From: Octopus vulgaris
Taxonomy: Eukaryota
DNA length: 64,000 nt
Assembly (NCBI GenBank): GCA_951406725.2
Contig: OX597832.1
Coordinates: forward strand, 47,120,001-47,184,000
Direction of reading: 5' to 3'
Positions 1 through 14,357 of the stretch are shown piece after piece (the stretch's first letter is position 1; every line of letters starts with the position of its first letter). Both the position numbers and the translations under genes were made by a program. A model generated the notes under the pieces. That model was not told the DNA's origin, searched no databases, and worked only from the letters and a program-made list of their open reading frames with translations.

Positions 1-499
1 CAGATAGACAGACAGACATAAATATGTATACCTACCTATGTATCTATACATGCATGCATACATGAATATATACGTATGCATCCGTGCTTATACACACGCA
101 TTTACACATACAATTATAGCTACATAGAGAAAACCTCTATTTTTAGTTCACCACCTCTTAAACATAGAAACAAAATAAATAAAAGACGGCATCAACATCA
201 GTGTGTGTGCATTTGCATGCCATCTCAAGTTCAGGTTTACCAAGTGAAACGTAAGACTTGTCATCCTCGAAAATATCAAAGAGTTTCCGATATTTATATC
301 ATACTATTCCTGCCTGCTTAGTCGCATCCACCTGCCAACTCGACGGTGCTATATCGAATTCCCCGAAGCAGCAATTGTCACATGACTTGCGCAGACCTGT
401 TAACAGTGAGTGAGGGTGGGAGGAAAAAAAAAAGTATCTGATGAGGGCGAATTAATGTTTCATGGAATTTTCTGTTAACTAACTTAAGAAGCACGGCAG

Positions 500-528
500 T
501 AAGTATGTGTGTGTATGTGTTTGTGTTT

Positions 529-579
<51 letters not shown>

Positions 580-691
580 TGTGTGTGTGTGTGTGTGCAT
601 GTGTGTTGATAGATAGATATGTGCGTACAAGTATAAAGGGATAGATACTCACAGACACATACATATATAGAAATAAAGCATAAATAAATAA

Positions 692-763
<72 letters not shown>

Positions 764-770
764 AAAAAAA
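500..770. repeat. Compound (GT)n/(AT)n microsatellite block
   Basis: Direct dinucleotide runs. The overlapping HT/YI/CV ORFs are artefacts of these runs. Confidence 0.95.
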
Positions 771-851
771 CGCAAACAGACGCTTACACACCTGTGCTTG
801 TGAGTGTATATATATATACACATATATATATATATCTGCTTACTGTATGTA

Positions 852-889
<38 letters not shown>

Positions 890-965
890 TTTGTGCTTGT
901 GGGTGTGTAAGCGTCTGTTTGCGTTTGTTTTTCCCGTTACGTAAACATATATATTATATACGTAT

Positions 966-998
<33 letters not shown>

Positions 999-1145
999 AG
1001 ATACATACATGCATAGACAGAGAGGGAGATAGATTAATGTCTGTATATATGTATATATATGTGCGTGTGTGAAAATGAGTTTGTAAATTCGTATGCTTTG
1101 TGTACTTTGCGTCCGTTTCATGACATGTATATGCACGCAAGTGTA

Positions 1146-1414
1146 TGCGCGTGGCTTAGCTGTTAGAGTATTTGGTTTACAATCGTAAGGTCATGAGTTC
1201 GGTTCCCGGCGGAGCGTTATGTCCTTGAGCAAGACACTCTAATTTACATTGATTCAGACCACTAAGCTGGCAAAAATGTCGAGTAACTATATTTCAAAGT
1301 TTAAGAGTACGCGTGTCTGTGAAGTGTTCAGCCACGTGAATGTTCATTTTACAAGCAGGCGGTTTCGTTGATAAGATTGACTGGATGCCTCATCGTCGCA
1401 ACTGACGGAGTGCT
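1146..1414 (+). mobile_element. Degenerate tRNA-derived SINE: tRNA head + CORE-like segment + family-A 3' tail
   Basis: A/B-box-like head (TGGCTTAGCTGTTAG...GGTTC), then TGTCCTTGAGCAAGACACT. The tail GTCTGTGAAGTGTTCAGCCAC...GACGGAGTGCTA aligns by eye with the 3' end of 52209-52594. Confidence 0.7.
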
Positions 1415-1555
1415 AGGTATTTGCAAGCAAATAGTACTTATTATAGTGGGTTCTTGTAAAATTACGCAAATTCTTCTAACATTATGTAAAGGTAACATCA
1501 TTCCGTAAGTGTGTGTTGTGTTACTGTTGACAGCTAGCTGTCTTGCTAGCAAACT

Positions 1556-1579
1556 AGATAGGTAGATAGATAGATAGAC

Positions 1580-1669
<90 letters not shown>

Positions 1670-1697
1670 GCAGGCAGGCAGGCAGGCAAGCAAGCAA
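1556..1697. repeat. (GATA)n grading into (GGCA)n
   Basis: Direct tetranucleotide runs. Confidence 0.95.
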
Positions 1698-2450
1698 GTA
1701 GTTATGAAATACCATGTTATTTATAAAGACCTCCTTTTGTGCTATTCATAGAATGAGGTTTCAATGGTTCAAATCTAAATCAACTTTTCGTGAAGGAAGG
1801 AAATTTCATCTTGATGGTGGTAATGAATTCCTGTTGTTGTTGTTGTCGTTGCTGTTGTTACTATTGTTGTTGTTCTTCTTCTTCTTCTTGATATTGATAT
1901 TGTAGCATTTTAACTTTCCATGAAGCACGAGTTAACAACCTGCTTCGAAACAGCAGTAAAGGGTGTAAATTTCCACCTAAACAGCACAAATTCATCTTCA
2001 TCATCGATACGCAGTTCTAAATTACATCCTGGTACGCTGCCTTATTTGTCTCTATGGTGGCAAATATCGCATAAATACAGGTGCTGTCTCACACAATTTT
2101 TTAAAATCATCGTCAATATAAAGAAATAGCCTTAAAGACTCGAAGCGCGTTTTCAATGTCTCTCTCTGATCTTCTCTCCATATATATGTCTGTATGTTTC
2201 TATATATGCTTATATATGCGTTTGTGCGAGTGCCTGTGTTGTATTTGTATGTGTGTGTGCGTATGTGTGTGTGTTTATGTATATATATATACATGCACTA
2301 CACGCTCACACGGACCATTCCCGTCCTTCCGACTGTTTTGGAGTACCTGATTCAGGGATTTCTTTCTACCTTTTTAATCATCTGAATTACGTTATTTCTG
2401 CATCTATCATTTTAAATGTATACAATATATATGTATATACATATGTATTT

Positions 2451-2500
<50 letters not shown>

Positions 2501-2544
2501 TACATATATATATATGCTTACGTATATATATGTGTATACATATG

Positions 2545-2575
<31 letters not shown>

Positions 2576-2596
2576 TACATATACACGCACACACGC

Positions 2597-2974
<378 letters not shown>

Positions 2975-2980
2975 TATATA

Positions 2981-3122
2981 TGTTTTTTCTCTTTCCCTTT
3001 CTGTAGAAGAGCGTAGGCTCGAAACGTAAAAGACTTTTTCTATTCCTGAGCGTTATACTAATACATCTGTTTGCTTTGCACACCACCTGTCTTCGTCTTC
3101 TGTTTTTTTCGTAAACTCTCCG
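2981..3122 (+). mobile_element. Short Penelope-LTR-like element (family H1) with a minimal hammerhead-like motif at 2997-3032
   Basis: CTTT-CTGTAGA-A-GAGC(GTAG)GCTC-GAAA-CG-TA-AAAG. A homologous copy lies at 40617-40772. The 3' end abuts (TA)n. Confidence 0.65.
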
Positions 3123-3128
3123 TATATA

Positions 3129-3201
<73 letters not shown>

Positions 3202-4018
3202 CTGTGTGTGTGTGTGTCTGTGTCTGTGTGTGTCTGTGTGTGTCTGTGTATGTGTGTGTGTGTGTGTTCTTGTAGTCTCTTACTTGTTTCAGCTACTTGC
3301 CACTTATAAAGTGCAGACTATTTGCCAACATAATGTGGCTGTCCTTGATGGGCCGATCGTTAGGGTTTAAACCCAGAAAACATAGTTTCCAGCTGGCTAT
3401 ATGACACAATATCTGTGTCCTTATATTTTCGAATGGGGACGTGGGGAATTACATAAAGTAATGTTTACACTCGTAAATTAGTTGAAGGATTACTCAGTCA
3501 CATACTTGCTAAGTTATATACAGAGAAGTTTGACTGTAAGTTCAGCGGTTCAGCTAGGTCACTTTCTTTCTGCATTCTTACCAAGATGACTAAGCAGCGA
3601 CCTGGAAGGCATGCCCGGTCTCAATATTGTATATATACGTAAATACACGCGCATGCGTAAGTAAGTATGTGTATATGTGTGCGCGAGGGCATGCCTGTGC
3701 AGGATAGGTCTGAGTCATATTACAAAAATTTGAGTCGATGATATCCTGAGTCGGTAATTGGAAAATTTCCTAAAGTCTACTTGCTTATCTAAAATGGCTT
3801 CCAATTCAAGCTGGTAAATGCATTCTAGTTTATATTTCAAATCTGCAGTTTATATCAGCACAAGAGACATCTAGGATACTACACACGGATACATGTTTTT
3901 TTGTGTGTGTGTGTATGTCTGTGTGTATGTGTGCGTGTATGTGTGTTTGAGTACGTGTGTATTTGTGCGTGTGTGTGTGTGTGTTTCAGCATGTGTTTAT
4001 GTGTGTGTGTTTATGTAC

Positions 4019-4069
<51 letters not shown>

Positions 4070-4184
4070 TAAATTAGAGACAAAACCACTATTAGGCAAA
4101 TCAATCTATGAAAAACTTAAGCCAATACATAAGATTATTTAATTTATATTATTTAAATATATAACAAAATTATATATTTATCAG

Positions 4185-4470
4185 AGTCGATAAATTAAGT
4201 ACCAGTGACGAACTGGGGTCGATGTAACCGACTTAATCCGTTTTGTCTTTACTAGTTTGTCCCCTCTGTGTTTAGCCCCTTGTGGGCAATAAAGAAATAG
4301 GTATTTCTTCAGTCTTTATGTTCAGAGTTCAAATTCCACTGATGTCGACTTTGCTTTTCATCCTTTCGGGGTCGATAAGTTAAGTATCAGTTGCCTACTA
4401 CGGTCGATCTAATCGACTGACTCCCTCCCACAAAATTTCGGCCCTTTTGCCTGGTGTAGGAAACAATATC
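4185..4470 (+). mobile_element. SINE family B dimer (partial young unit + older unit)
   Basis: Contains GTCGACTTTGCTTTTCATCCTTTCGGGGTCGATAAG and the tail TTTAGCCCCTTGTGGGCAATAAAGAAATA. Junction AAAGAAATA|GGTATTTC at ~4292-4308. Confidence 0.85.
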
Positions 4471-5004
4471 TGTTGTATTCAATTTATTGCCTTTGTTTAT
4501 TTTTACTCAGGAAATTTTTTCTGGTTCAAGTAAATGAATGCGTTTGTGCGTCTGTGTATATTTGTTTGTGTGTTTGTCTGTGTATCTATGTGTCTCTGTG
4601 TGTGTCTCTCTCTGCGTCTGTGTGTGTCTTTGTGTGTCTGTGTGTGCGTTGTGCGCACGCTTGTGTGAAACTATACCAGCACAGAGAATGCCGGAACGAA
4701 ATAGGAAACTATACAGATATCGACTTCTATAAGATGTGATCTATTTTTACCTTTCTAATACACAGTTACTTTCATGCATTACATCTCTCTAAATCCTATT
4801 GCTCTTCGCCGTTCTGTATCTGGAACTATTGTCACCTTACTCTCCTTTCCTCCCTCCCTTCCTCTCTCTCTTTCACTCTGTCTCTGTCTCTCTCTCCCTC
4901 TCACTGTCTCTCTCCTCTCTTTCTCTCTCTCACCCTCTCTCAATTTCGGTTATTTCCGGATAAATACTGCTTTTAATTATTATTATTTTTTTTTTTTGTA
5001 ATCA

Positions 5005-5660
5005 AGTGGGTGATGGCTGACGGAATGATTAGAATGCCGGACAAACTGCTTAGCGCCTTTTCGTCCGTCTATACGTTCTGTGTTTCCCCGACGTGGACTT
5101 GTCATTCAATTACTAAGGTCGTTATTTTCTCCCCCCCAAAACTGCTGGCGATGTACGAAAATAAGTTTAACACCATTATTTCTCCTAATCAGGGTAGCGA
5201 ACTGGCAGAATCGTTCGCACACGGGACAGAATACTTAGCGGGTTTTTCATCCGATTTTCCTTCCCGGGTTCGAATTCCGCCATTATTAACGTTGCCTTTC
5301 ATCGGTTAACGGTCGATAAAATAAATACCCGTTTTACACTGGGATCGATGTAATCGACTTACCCTAACCCCTAAAATTGTTGGCCCTGTGCCAAAATTTG
5401 AAAGCATTATTTCTCCTAATCAAGGCCAATAGAATGGTAAAAATTGTTACAGCGTCGGAAAATGCCTTATGATATTTGCTCTAGTCCTTCACTTACTGAG
5501 TTCAGGACAAGAGGAAGTCACATTTGCTCATTGTGCTTTCGGAATTGTTAGAATAAAGTACCAATTGAGTACTGGCGTTGCGTCTATCGACTTACCTACT
5601 AGCTCGCAGCGAAATTGCTGGCCGTGTGCCTGAATTCAAAACCATTGTTTCTGCTAATCA
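5005..5660 (+). mobile_element. Three tandem degenerate family-B SINE units
   Basis: Head and core motifs recur three times. Each unit ends in a CATT(A/G)TTTCT(C/G)CTAATCA-like sequence (~5173, ~5405, ~5643). Confidence 0.65.
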
Positions 5661-7520
5661 TCATACTCTCTTTCTATCCATACCATTCATTTCCATACCA
5701 TTCTCCTTTCCTGCATACATCCTTCTGTCTCTGGTACTCTCTCTTCTACTCACTTCTCCCCCCTCTCTCTCTCACTCTATCTGACTCTCTCTTCCTCTCT
5801 TTCTTTCTCTCTCATTGCCTGAAGTTCTGGCATTCAGTGTGTCTCGTTCCCTTTCTCAATCTCATAAGCTCTGGCACTCGCTCAGTATATCTCTCTTACC
5901 ACAATTCTCCCTCTCTCTCTCCATCTTTCTCTCTCTGTGAGCGTGCGTGCATATATGCATGTGTGCATGTGTCTATGTGTGTGTGTCTATTGCTTATCAC
6001 GTAGTATATCAAATAGTGTTCTTCTTCCGCTGCGCCATGGATTGTTTCATGCACACACATATCTTTATCGATCACAGCCATTGGAGAAGTCAAATTGCTT
6101 CTGTTGCCTTCTGTGTTCATCAAAGGTCTTTACTGAGTTAATCAAAAATATTAACAACTCTTGTATTACACATAAACGAACAGATGAGACAACTATTTAT
6201 GACCAGAGAGACAAATCCAGTTGAGCAGCATATCTACCATCCGTTATAGAAGAGGTACAAGTTGGATAAGGTCAACAAAAGGTTTTTGCATATAGAAAAA
6301 ATTCAAGACGGACACATATGGAAAGCCTCTGACTCTAAGTCTATGCCCTCGAATTTCATCTGGGGATAAACAGCAACTTGGAACCTCTTTGTGACAGGTT
6401 GATGAGCTAGAAATAACAGCCAAATTTGTCTGAAGTGGAGGACATGATCAATAAGGTATTCATCGATACGTCAATGTCTTAAATCAGAGTGATGATCATG
6501 GATGGAACGCGTTTGGTCGTAGGTCCGCTGAATAATTTCTGACCTTGAGCTAAAAAAAAACAACATAATAACAGCATTGTTGGTCAGCTAAGCATTTCAA
6601 GCAAAGCGGCTGAAGATACAATCCGAGCTGTCGAACTATCATTTAGCAGCTTCGTACTCTGTCGACATGCAAGGAAGCTACAGATATTAATCTATCATCG
6701 TTTTAAACAAAACTCTAGACAGTGGACACAAACCAAGAAAGTCCTTGTTAATAATTGCTTGCTGAAAATATCACATACTTTAAAAATAGACAGGGTTGTA
6801 AATAGTTCGATAATCAATTCTTTCATTTCTAAATACAAATACTCAAACCAAAAATAGTTCTGTATATTTACTTTCCCCGTACTTTAATTACTTAAGAAAT
6901 TCCTTTTACTATCTTAGTATCATATTTCTTTTATTTTATGCTTGTGTCTTTGTTTCTTATCATTTGTATTATTAATAACGATGTTGATTCACCAGTTTCG
7001 TTTAGTTACTACAATCTATATTTTTATTTATTTTTCGAAAACTTTTCTTATAGCTCTCAAATTTAAAATTTTTGGAATTCCGAGACATTGATATAAAAAT
7101 CTATTGAATACAACTTGTCATATTTGACAAGCTCTGCACGTCCTCGTGCCCTGAGATCTATTTTCTTCAACATACGGAACTCAATCAATACTTGTATATT
7201 CTATTCATCATCTCTCTCGCCGTATTCCTGATCTATTTCTATCACCATTATTCAGAAAGGCCCTGAAATCTTTCTCATGTTACGTCACTGAATAGGAGAC
7301 ACGAGATCAACTTTGAGACACAACTTGACACTTTACAAGGTGTGCTTGGAAAGCTGGTTCGCAAAAGATGGTTGGGGTGTATAGGCGCATCTGTATGAAT
7401 GCATATGTCTATATATACATACATACATCTACGTATGTATATTATATATATATCGAATTGAAAATATATGCGTGGGTGTATTTATGATTGAGCATATGTG
7501 TGTGTATGCTATAGGTATAT

Positions 7521-7740
7521 ATATTTCTTTACAACCCACAAGGGGCTACACACGGAGAGGACAAACAAGGACAGACGAACGGATTAAGTCGATTACATCG
7601 ATCCCAGTGCGTAACTGGTACTTAGTTTATCGACCCCCGAAAGGATAAAAGGCAAAGTCGACCTCGGCGGAATTTGAACTCAGAACGTAACGGCTAAGCA
7701 TTTCGCCCGGCATGCTAACGTTTCTGCCAATTCTCCGCCT
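7521..7740 (-). mobile_element. SINE family B (young subfamily) with TSD
   Basis: Full match to the other B copies on the minus strand. Direct repeat TATAGGTATAT at 7510-7520 and 7741-7751. Confidence 0.9.
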
Positions 7741-8074
7741 TATAGGTATATGCTATAGGTATATATGGGTGCAGGTATAATTGCATCGTTAAGTAGTACA
7801 CTTCTCAAAGACGAGGTTTTGAGTTCAGTTTCGCTGCACAGCTATAATCCCGGGGCGATTGCCACCATGTGAATGAATTTAGTAAACAGTCTGTGTGTTA
7901 CCTGTCGTATATAGGTATATATGTGGGCGTGTTTGTATCTGTCTTTGTCTTTGTGTTTGTCTACCCACACATACCGCTTAGCATTCAGTGTTGGTTTATT
8001 TACATTCGCATGACTTAACGGTTTGGTGAAAGTGAAAAAGATCCCGGTAAAAACGCATTTCAGTTTTATATATG

Positions 8075-8136
<62 letters not shown>

Positions 8137-8137
<1 letters not shown>

Positions 8138-8295
8138 GACAGACTTTCTTTCAGTTTCCGTCTACCAAATCCACTCACAAGGCTTTGGTCGGCCCGAGGC
8201 TATTGTAGAAGACACTTGCCCAAGGTGCCACGCAGTGGAAATGAACCCGGAACGATGTGGTTAGTAAGCAAGCTACTTACCACACAGCCACTGCA
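8137..8295 (-). mobile_element. SINE family C, 5' half
   Basis: Reverse complement of the AGTGGCTGTGTGGTAAG...GGCACCTTGGGCAAGTGTC...GAAACTGAAAGAA region of 20696-21126. Confidence 0.85.
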
Positions 8296-8472
8296 CCACT
8301 CCGATTGGTGTCGATTTCTTTGAGTAAACCATTCTAGGATGGTGCTCCAGTATGGCCTCAGTCGAATGACTGAAACAAATGAAATGATAATAAAAGAATA
8401 AAGGATTATACGTGCAGCCAATCAATACACAGTTGCTGGCTTATAAACCGAAGGCAGTTAATGAAGTATAAT

Positions 8473-8857
8473 GGAAGCACTCCGTCGGTTACGACGATGA
8501 GGGTTCCGGTTGATCCGAATCAACGGAACAGCCTGCTCGTGAAATTAACGTGTAAGTGGCTGAGCACTCCACAGACACGTGCACCCTTAACGTAGTTCTC
8601 GGGGATATTCAGCGTGACACAGAGAGTGACAAGGCCGACCCCTTGAAATACAGGTACAACAGAAACAGGAAGTAAGAGTGAGAGAAAGTTGTGGTGAAAG
8701 AGTACAGCAGGGATCACCACCATCCCCTGCCGGAGCCTCGTGGAGCTTTTAGGTGTTTTCGCTCAATAAACACTCACAACGCCCGGTCTGGGAATCGAAA
8801 CCGCGATCCTACGACCGCGAATCCGCTGCCCTAACCACTGGGCCATTGCGCCTCCAC
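8473..8857 (-). mobile_element. Full-length tRNA-derived SINE family A with 14-bp TSD
   Basis: Head GGAGGCGCAATGGCCCAGTGGTTAGGG...GGTTTCGATTCCC. Near-identical copies at 29631-30014 and 52209-52594. TSD TAATGAAGTATAAT at 8459-8472 and 8858-8871. Confidence 0.95.
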
Positions 8858-9186
8858 TAATGAAGTATAATTGGTTAATACACGTTAGCAAGTTTGTATA
8901 AGGAGAAACTGGATAATGTAGTACTTCAGTTCTAATAATGTTAAACAGGAAGTGAAATTTATTGCGAAGCCTAAGATGCAAAACAAACTGAATATGGGTT
9001 AAAAAGTCTAATTAGTTAAATTTGTAAATGTAAATTCAATTGTCTTTTTAATTACACACGCCTGGAAAGATATCAATTATTAAAATATTAACACACATAC
9101 ACACGTACGCATACACACATACGCACTCACACTCAAACACAGAAACAGATATATTTTAGTAGCACTTTTAACATATGTTGCACTAT

Positions 9187-9222
<36 letters not shown>

Positions 9223-9249
9223 GCGAGAGGGAGAGAGAGAGAGAGAGAG

Positions 9250-9296
<47 letters not shown>

Positions 9297-9424
9297 GAGA
9301 GAGAAAGAGAGAGTAATATATATAGGCATGTGTATATGCATATGCACTTATGTATGTATATACAGCATATGTATGTATATACGCACTTAATTTTATGTAT
9401 ATGTTTATATGTAAATTTATATAT

Positions 9425-9505
<81 letters not shown>

Positions 9506-10620
9506 CATATATACATGCACGTGTATGTATGTATGTATGTATGTATGTATGTATGTATGCATGCATGCATGTATGTATATGGCAAACCGAATATTTCCCC
9601 ATACCGAAAGATTCCGCCCAGCTCATGTTAGTCGGCTCTGTCCGGTGCTATACCCGAAGAGACAAAATGGTGGCGTGACTATTAACAAGTGTTATTTGTC
9701 TATTGATTAGCTGTACAGTTCATTAACTGATTGGACACCTGCTGGTTCTTTTTACTGACGAGTAGTGCTAGGTTTCTACTTCAGAATTAATCACATGTTC
9801 GTAACTATTGATGATGTGATCCAGTCTTTAAGAAATAAGACAGAAGATCGCCTGGTTTCAGATTTTAAGTCGTATTTCGCCGTTTGATGTGTAAAATTGA
9901 ATGGACGTGTTAATTTTCTTTTCCCTCTTTATCTTAAGCTTTTAAGCAGCTTTCAGGTTACTTAACAGAAACTTTGTTATATGGTGACAAGTTGCGATGA
10001 GCTCTCATCTCTTTTTAAGAATCCGGACGGATGACGACTGATTTCGATTTTCCATCTGAGAGAAAGGTAGTAGATCTTGAAGGAGTTTTTGTGTGTTAGT
10101 GTTCCGTGTCTACGGCTGTCAATATGATGACTCTCGTTATTCCAACGTCCTTTTCCTTCTTGTGTTTGGACAGCATTGTATTTTGTTCAGATGTGGTGAT
10201 AGAATGAGCAAGGCAGATTTTAAATGTTTTCTGTTACACCAATATAGCAAGTTCAATCCTTTCCAGAGGATACAACGGCACAGTATAATTGCTTTTTAAA
10301 ACATATTTACTATTCTATGTGGTGAGAGTTTTATAAAGGTTTTCTTGTTTCCATATTGGCATTATTGTTGGATAGTAGCATTGGAGATCTTCCTAATCTA
10401 CTTTTGAAATATGTGACCATTAAAGAAAGTTTCGGAAATTTGCAAAATTTACTGTTGGAGTTGACCGATAGAATAAGTACTAGGCTTACAAAGAATAAGT
10501 CCTGAATTCGATTTGTGCGACTAAAGGCTGTGCTCCAGCATGGCTGCAGTTAAATGCCTGAAACAAGTAAAAGAAAAAATACACACATACACAAACATAT
10601 ATATATGTATATATATATAT

Positions 10621-10739
10621 CTTTCTCTCTCTGTATCACTCTTCACAGATGTGTTTCATAATACATACACGCACACACACACACACTATATATATACATA
10701 TTATAATATAATATAATATAATATAATATAATATAAATA

Positions 10740-10781
<42 letters not shown>

Positions 10782-10888
10782 ATATTATATTATATTATAT
10801 TATATTATATTATATTATAATATATATATATATAGTGTGTGTGTGTGAGTGTGTATTATGAAACATCTGTGCAGGGTGATACAGAGAG

Positions 10889-10894
<6 letters not shown>
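10621..10894. repeat. Fold-back inverted duplication centred on (TA)n
   Basis: Left CTTTCTCTCTCTGTATCAC...CACAGATG..TTTCATAATAC-(CA)n-(TATAA)n is mirrored on the right as (TTATA)n-(GT)n-GTATTATGAAACATCTGTG...GTGATACAGAGAGAGAAAG. Confidence 0.9.
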
Positions 10895-10930
<36 letters not shown>

Positions 10931-11206
10931 GGAATCAGAAATATAAAGAGTAATGGCTAATTAATTCATCGGTTCAACTTTCGTATTTTCAGAGGAAATA
11001 ATTCTTTTAAATGCAAACCTGAATATCACAACCACCACCATTTATATGTCTCTAGAAGCAGTAATAACGGTCGCATGTCTCTCTGTTATATATGCCGCTA
11101 CTGGGATTTAAAACATCGTTAACAGGTGATAGCTTCTCATTTGTTACCCCGGTTTACCATTGAAAATTGGCCACAAGCTATATGTATATATATGTATATG
11201 TATGTA

Positions 11207-11292
<86 letters not shown>

Positions 11293-12120
11293 AATATATG
11301 CATGTATATACATATATAGATGTAGGCACGTACATATATGTATGTATATATGCATATGTTTTATTTATTATTTTGGTATATATATATATATAAATGTATG
11401 TATGTATATAACATTATGACACATGGATATGTATAATTGTGTATCTATATATTATGAATGCATGCGTGTGCGTGTGCATATGTGTGTATGTGTGTGTTGT
11501 GTGGGGGTGTCTATGTGTTAATGTGAATGTGTGCCTGAGTGTACACTCGAGCTTATGTGTATATATATATAAATATACATATATACACATATATACATAT
11601 ATTTGCAAACATGCAAATTCACATCAATATACTCATAATATTCGTGTATATATTTATTTAGATATATACTTATATACGTGTGTATATATATATATATACA
11701 TTCACCTGTATATATATCGATATACCTGTACACACAAGTCAATATATGTGTGTATATGTATATTTGTATGTATATATTTGTGTATATACACAGACACATA
11801 CATTTATATGCATGTATTTGGATATAGATATATATGTGCGTGTGAACTCGTGAGTGTGTGTGTATGTCTGTGCGCGTATGTGTATGTGTGCGCGTGTGCA
11901 TGCACGTGTGTGTGCGTGTTTGTGCGTGCGTGTGCGTGTGCATGCATGTGAGTATTTGTGTGTGTGTGTGCTCGTGCGCCTGTGTGTATGTGTGTAAATG
12001 TGTGTTTGGGAGAGTCAGTATCTGTCAGTATACGTTCCTATGTAACAGGTACGAATCTAAATTTAGAGACAGAGAATGATAGACACAGAGAGACAGAGAC
12101 AGAGACATAGAGACAGAGAG

Positions 12121-12159
<39 letters not shown>

Positions 12160-12707
12160 GAGAGCGGTGAAGAAAGACAGAGTAAAAGAACGAGAGAAAG
12201 AGAAAAAGAGGGACAGAGAATGTAGTGACACACAGCAGGTAGATCTTTATTGTTGATGTACATTTACCATATTAAATGCAGCGCTGTGCTGCCCCGCCAT
12301 CCCTGCCAAACACTCGGCATTAACAAACACTGCTAACATGCAGCCGAACAGAAACCACCACCACCTCCATCTCCACCGTCGCCACTAATAATAATAACAA
12401 CAATAATATTAACATCACTCACTGTGTGTGAACACCGCACATAGCGGCGCTAACAGCTTTAAATACGAACTAACAACGACTTCAACGCAACGGCAGCCAT
12501 AAAACTAGTTAAAAGCCACAGGCTTACTAATTTATTGTTCGTAATGAAAACACTACCTGTTCCTTCAGATGTTTTAATGTGTAGCAAAAGCCGCTTTCGC
12601 TACCACTACTCACCTGTACCTGACATGCGTGATGACTAGACTTATCTAACTCCTATAATTAGTTACGACTGGCTTTTAGTTCTTCTCTTTGCTCTAGTTT
12701 TCGTTGA

Positions 12708-13370
12708 GGATATTTTCGGTTTGAACGGCAGTTTTTAACATAATTTCTAGGTAACTAAAAGATGTTAAACTTCGTATACTGGTAGAATGTGTTAACTGGT
12801 AGAATATTTTTCTCGTATACTGGTAGAATCTTTTTCTCTTGGCTATATTGAGAAAATTCTATAGTTTGTAAGATATTTGTTATTTTTTTTCTTCAATTTC
12901 TGCAATTTCAACTAATCAGTGACGTCTATTGAGTTAAAAAGCATTCTGGGATCTTTTCGGTTTGAACGACAGTTTTTAACATAATTTCTAGGTAACTAAA
13001 ATATTTTAAATTTCGTATACTGGTAGAATGTGTTTATAAAACATCTTTTTCTCTTGGCTTTATTGAGAAAATTCTATAATTTGTAAGATATTTGCTGTGT
13101 TTTTTCTTCAATTTCTGCAATTTCAACCAATCCGTGACGTCTATTGAGGTAAAAAGCATTCTGTGCCGTATGAATATGTCCCTCGTTTAAGGAACAGATT
13201 GGGTTTATTTACATTTGTGAAGAAAAAAGATACCCTTCTCTCCACCCCTAACCCCAACCCTAACCCTAAAAGAGATTGAAATGCAATCGATTGATACTAG
13301 GGTCATAATTATGGGTGAAAATTTCATATGACACCGCTAGAAAAAACTGCCGTTCAAACCGAAAAGATCC
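12708..13370. mobile_element. Non-autonomous DNA transposon (MITE) with ~29-bp TIRs, 8-bp TSD and a duplicated 5' part; Merlin- or hAT-like
   Basis: TIR GGAT(A/C)TTTTCGGTTTGAACG(G/A)CAGTTTTT at 12708 and again at 12949, with its reverse complement ending at 13370. TSD TTCGTTGA (12700-12707) / TTTGTTGA (13371-13378). Internal CCCTAACCCCAACCCTAACCCTAA. Confidence 0.85.
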
Positions 13371-13797
13371 TTTGTTGATGTTGTTGCTCTTCTTCTTATT
13401 ATTTTCAATCTTATTATTATTATTATCATTAATAGTTTAAATAGCTGCTATTTCATTTACTCAGCTACTTAATGCTTTTCGGAAAGGCATGATTGTCACT
13501 GCAGCCATTCTGCCAATCCAGTTCAGTCCATGAAATCAATTTGTGTCATCATCCAGTGATCTCTTGACATGAAAAGTTTAATCAATGGACAATATCCAAC
13601 ATAGTAGTTGGTCTGAATGTGTACAATAAATAAATATTTATCTTTGAGACGCCGAGAGCCGAAGGCAAACACAGTATCATCTATATCAACAGAGCCAGTC
13701 CTTAAACAAATACTTTACTGGAATGTAAACGTAATACATGTATTCATACATACCGGCATACACACACACACACACACACATATATATTTATTTCATA

Positions 13798-13848
<51 letters not shown>

Positions 13849-13861
13849 GTATCTATGTATG

Positions 13862-13897
<36 letters not shown>

Positions 13898-14036
13898 CAC
13901 ACACATATATCTATACACATATATATACATATATATATATGTATGTATATATATATATATGAATATATATCTATATATATCTATATCTATATCTATATCT
14001 ATATATATATATGTATGTATACACACACACACACTT

Positions 14037-14129
<93 letters not shown>

Positions 14130-14299
14130 TGCATATATGTATTACATACATAGAAATATATATTTATATATATGTATATATATATTTATACATACATATA
14201 TATATATATACATACATATATATACATATATATACATATATGTATGTATATATACATATATATAAATACATATATGTATACATATATGTGTTTGTGAGT

Positions 14300-14357
<58 letters not shown>

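Noticed and set aside
437-470. CTGATGAG hammerhead-core word (also at ~16303)
   Set aside because: No stem II followed by GAAA and no stem I partner.
8520-8723. Repeated 67-aa ORF MVVIPAVLFHHNF... (also at 29678 and 52341)
   Set aside because: It lies inside near-identical SINE family A copies, so its conservation reflects recent retroposition, not coding.
13246-13268. Telomere or chromosome-fusion scar
   Set aside because: Only ~4 imperfect CCCTAA units, located inside a TIR element.
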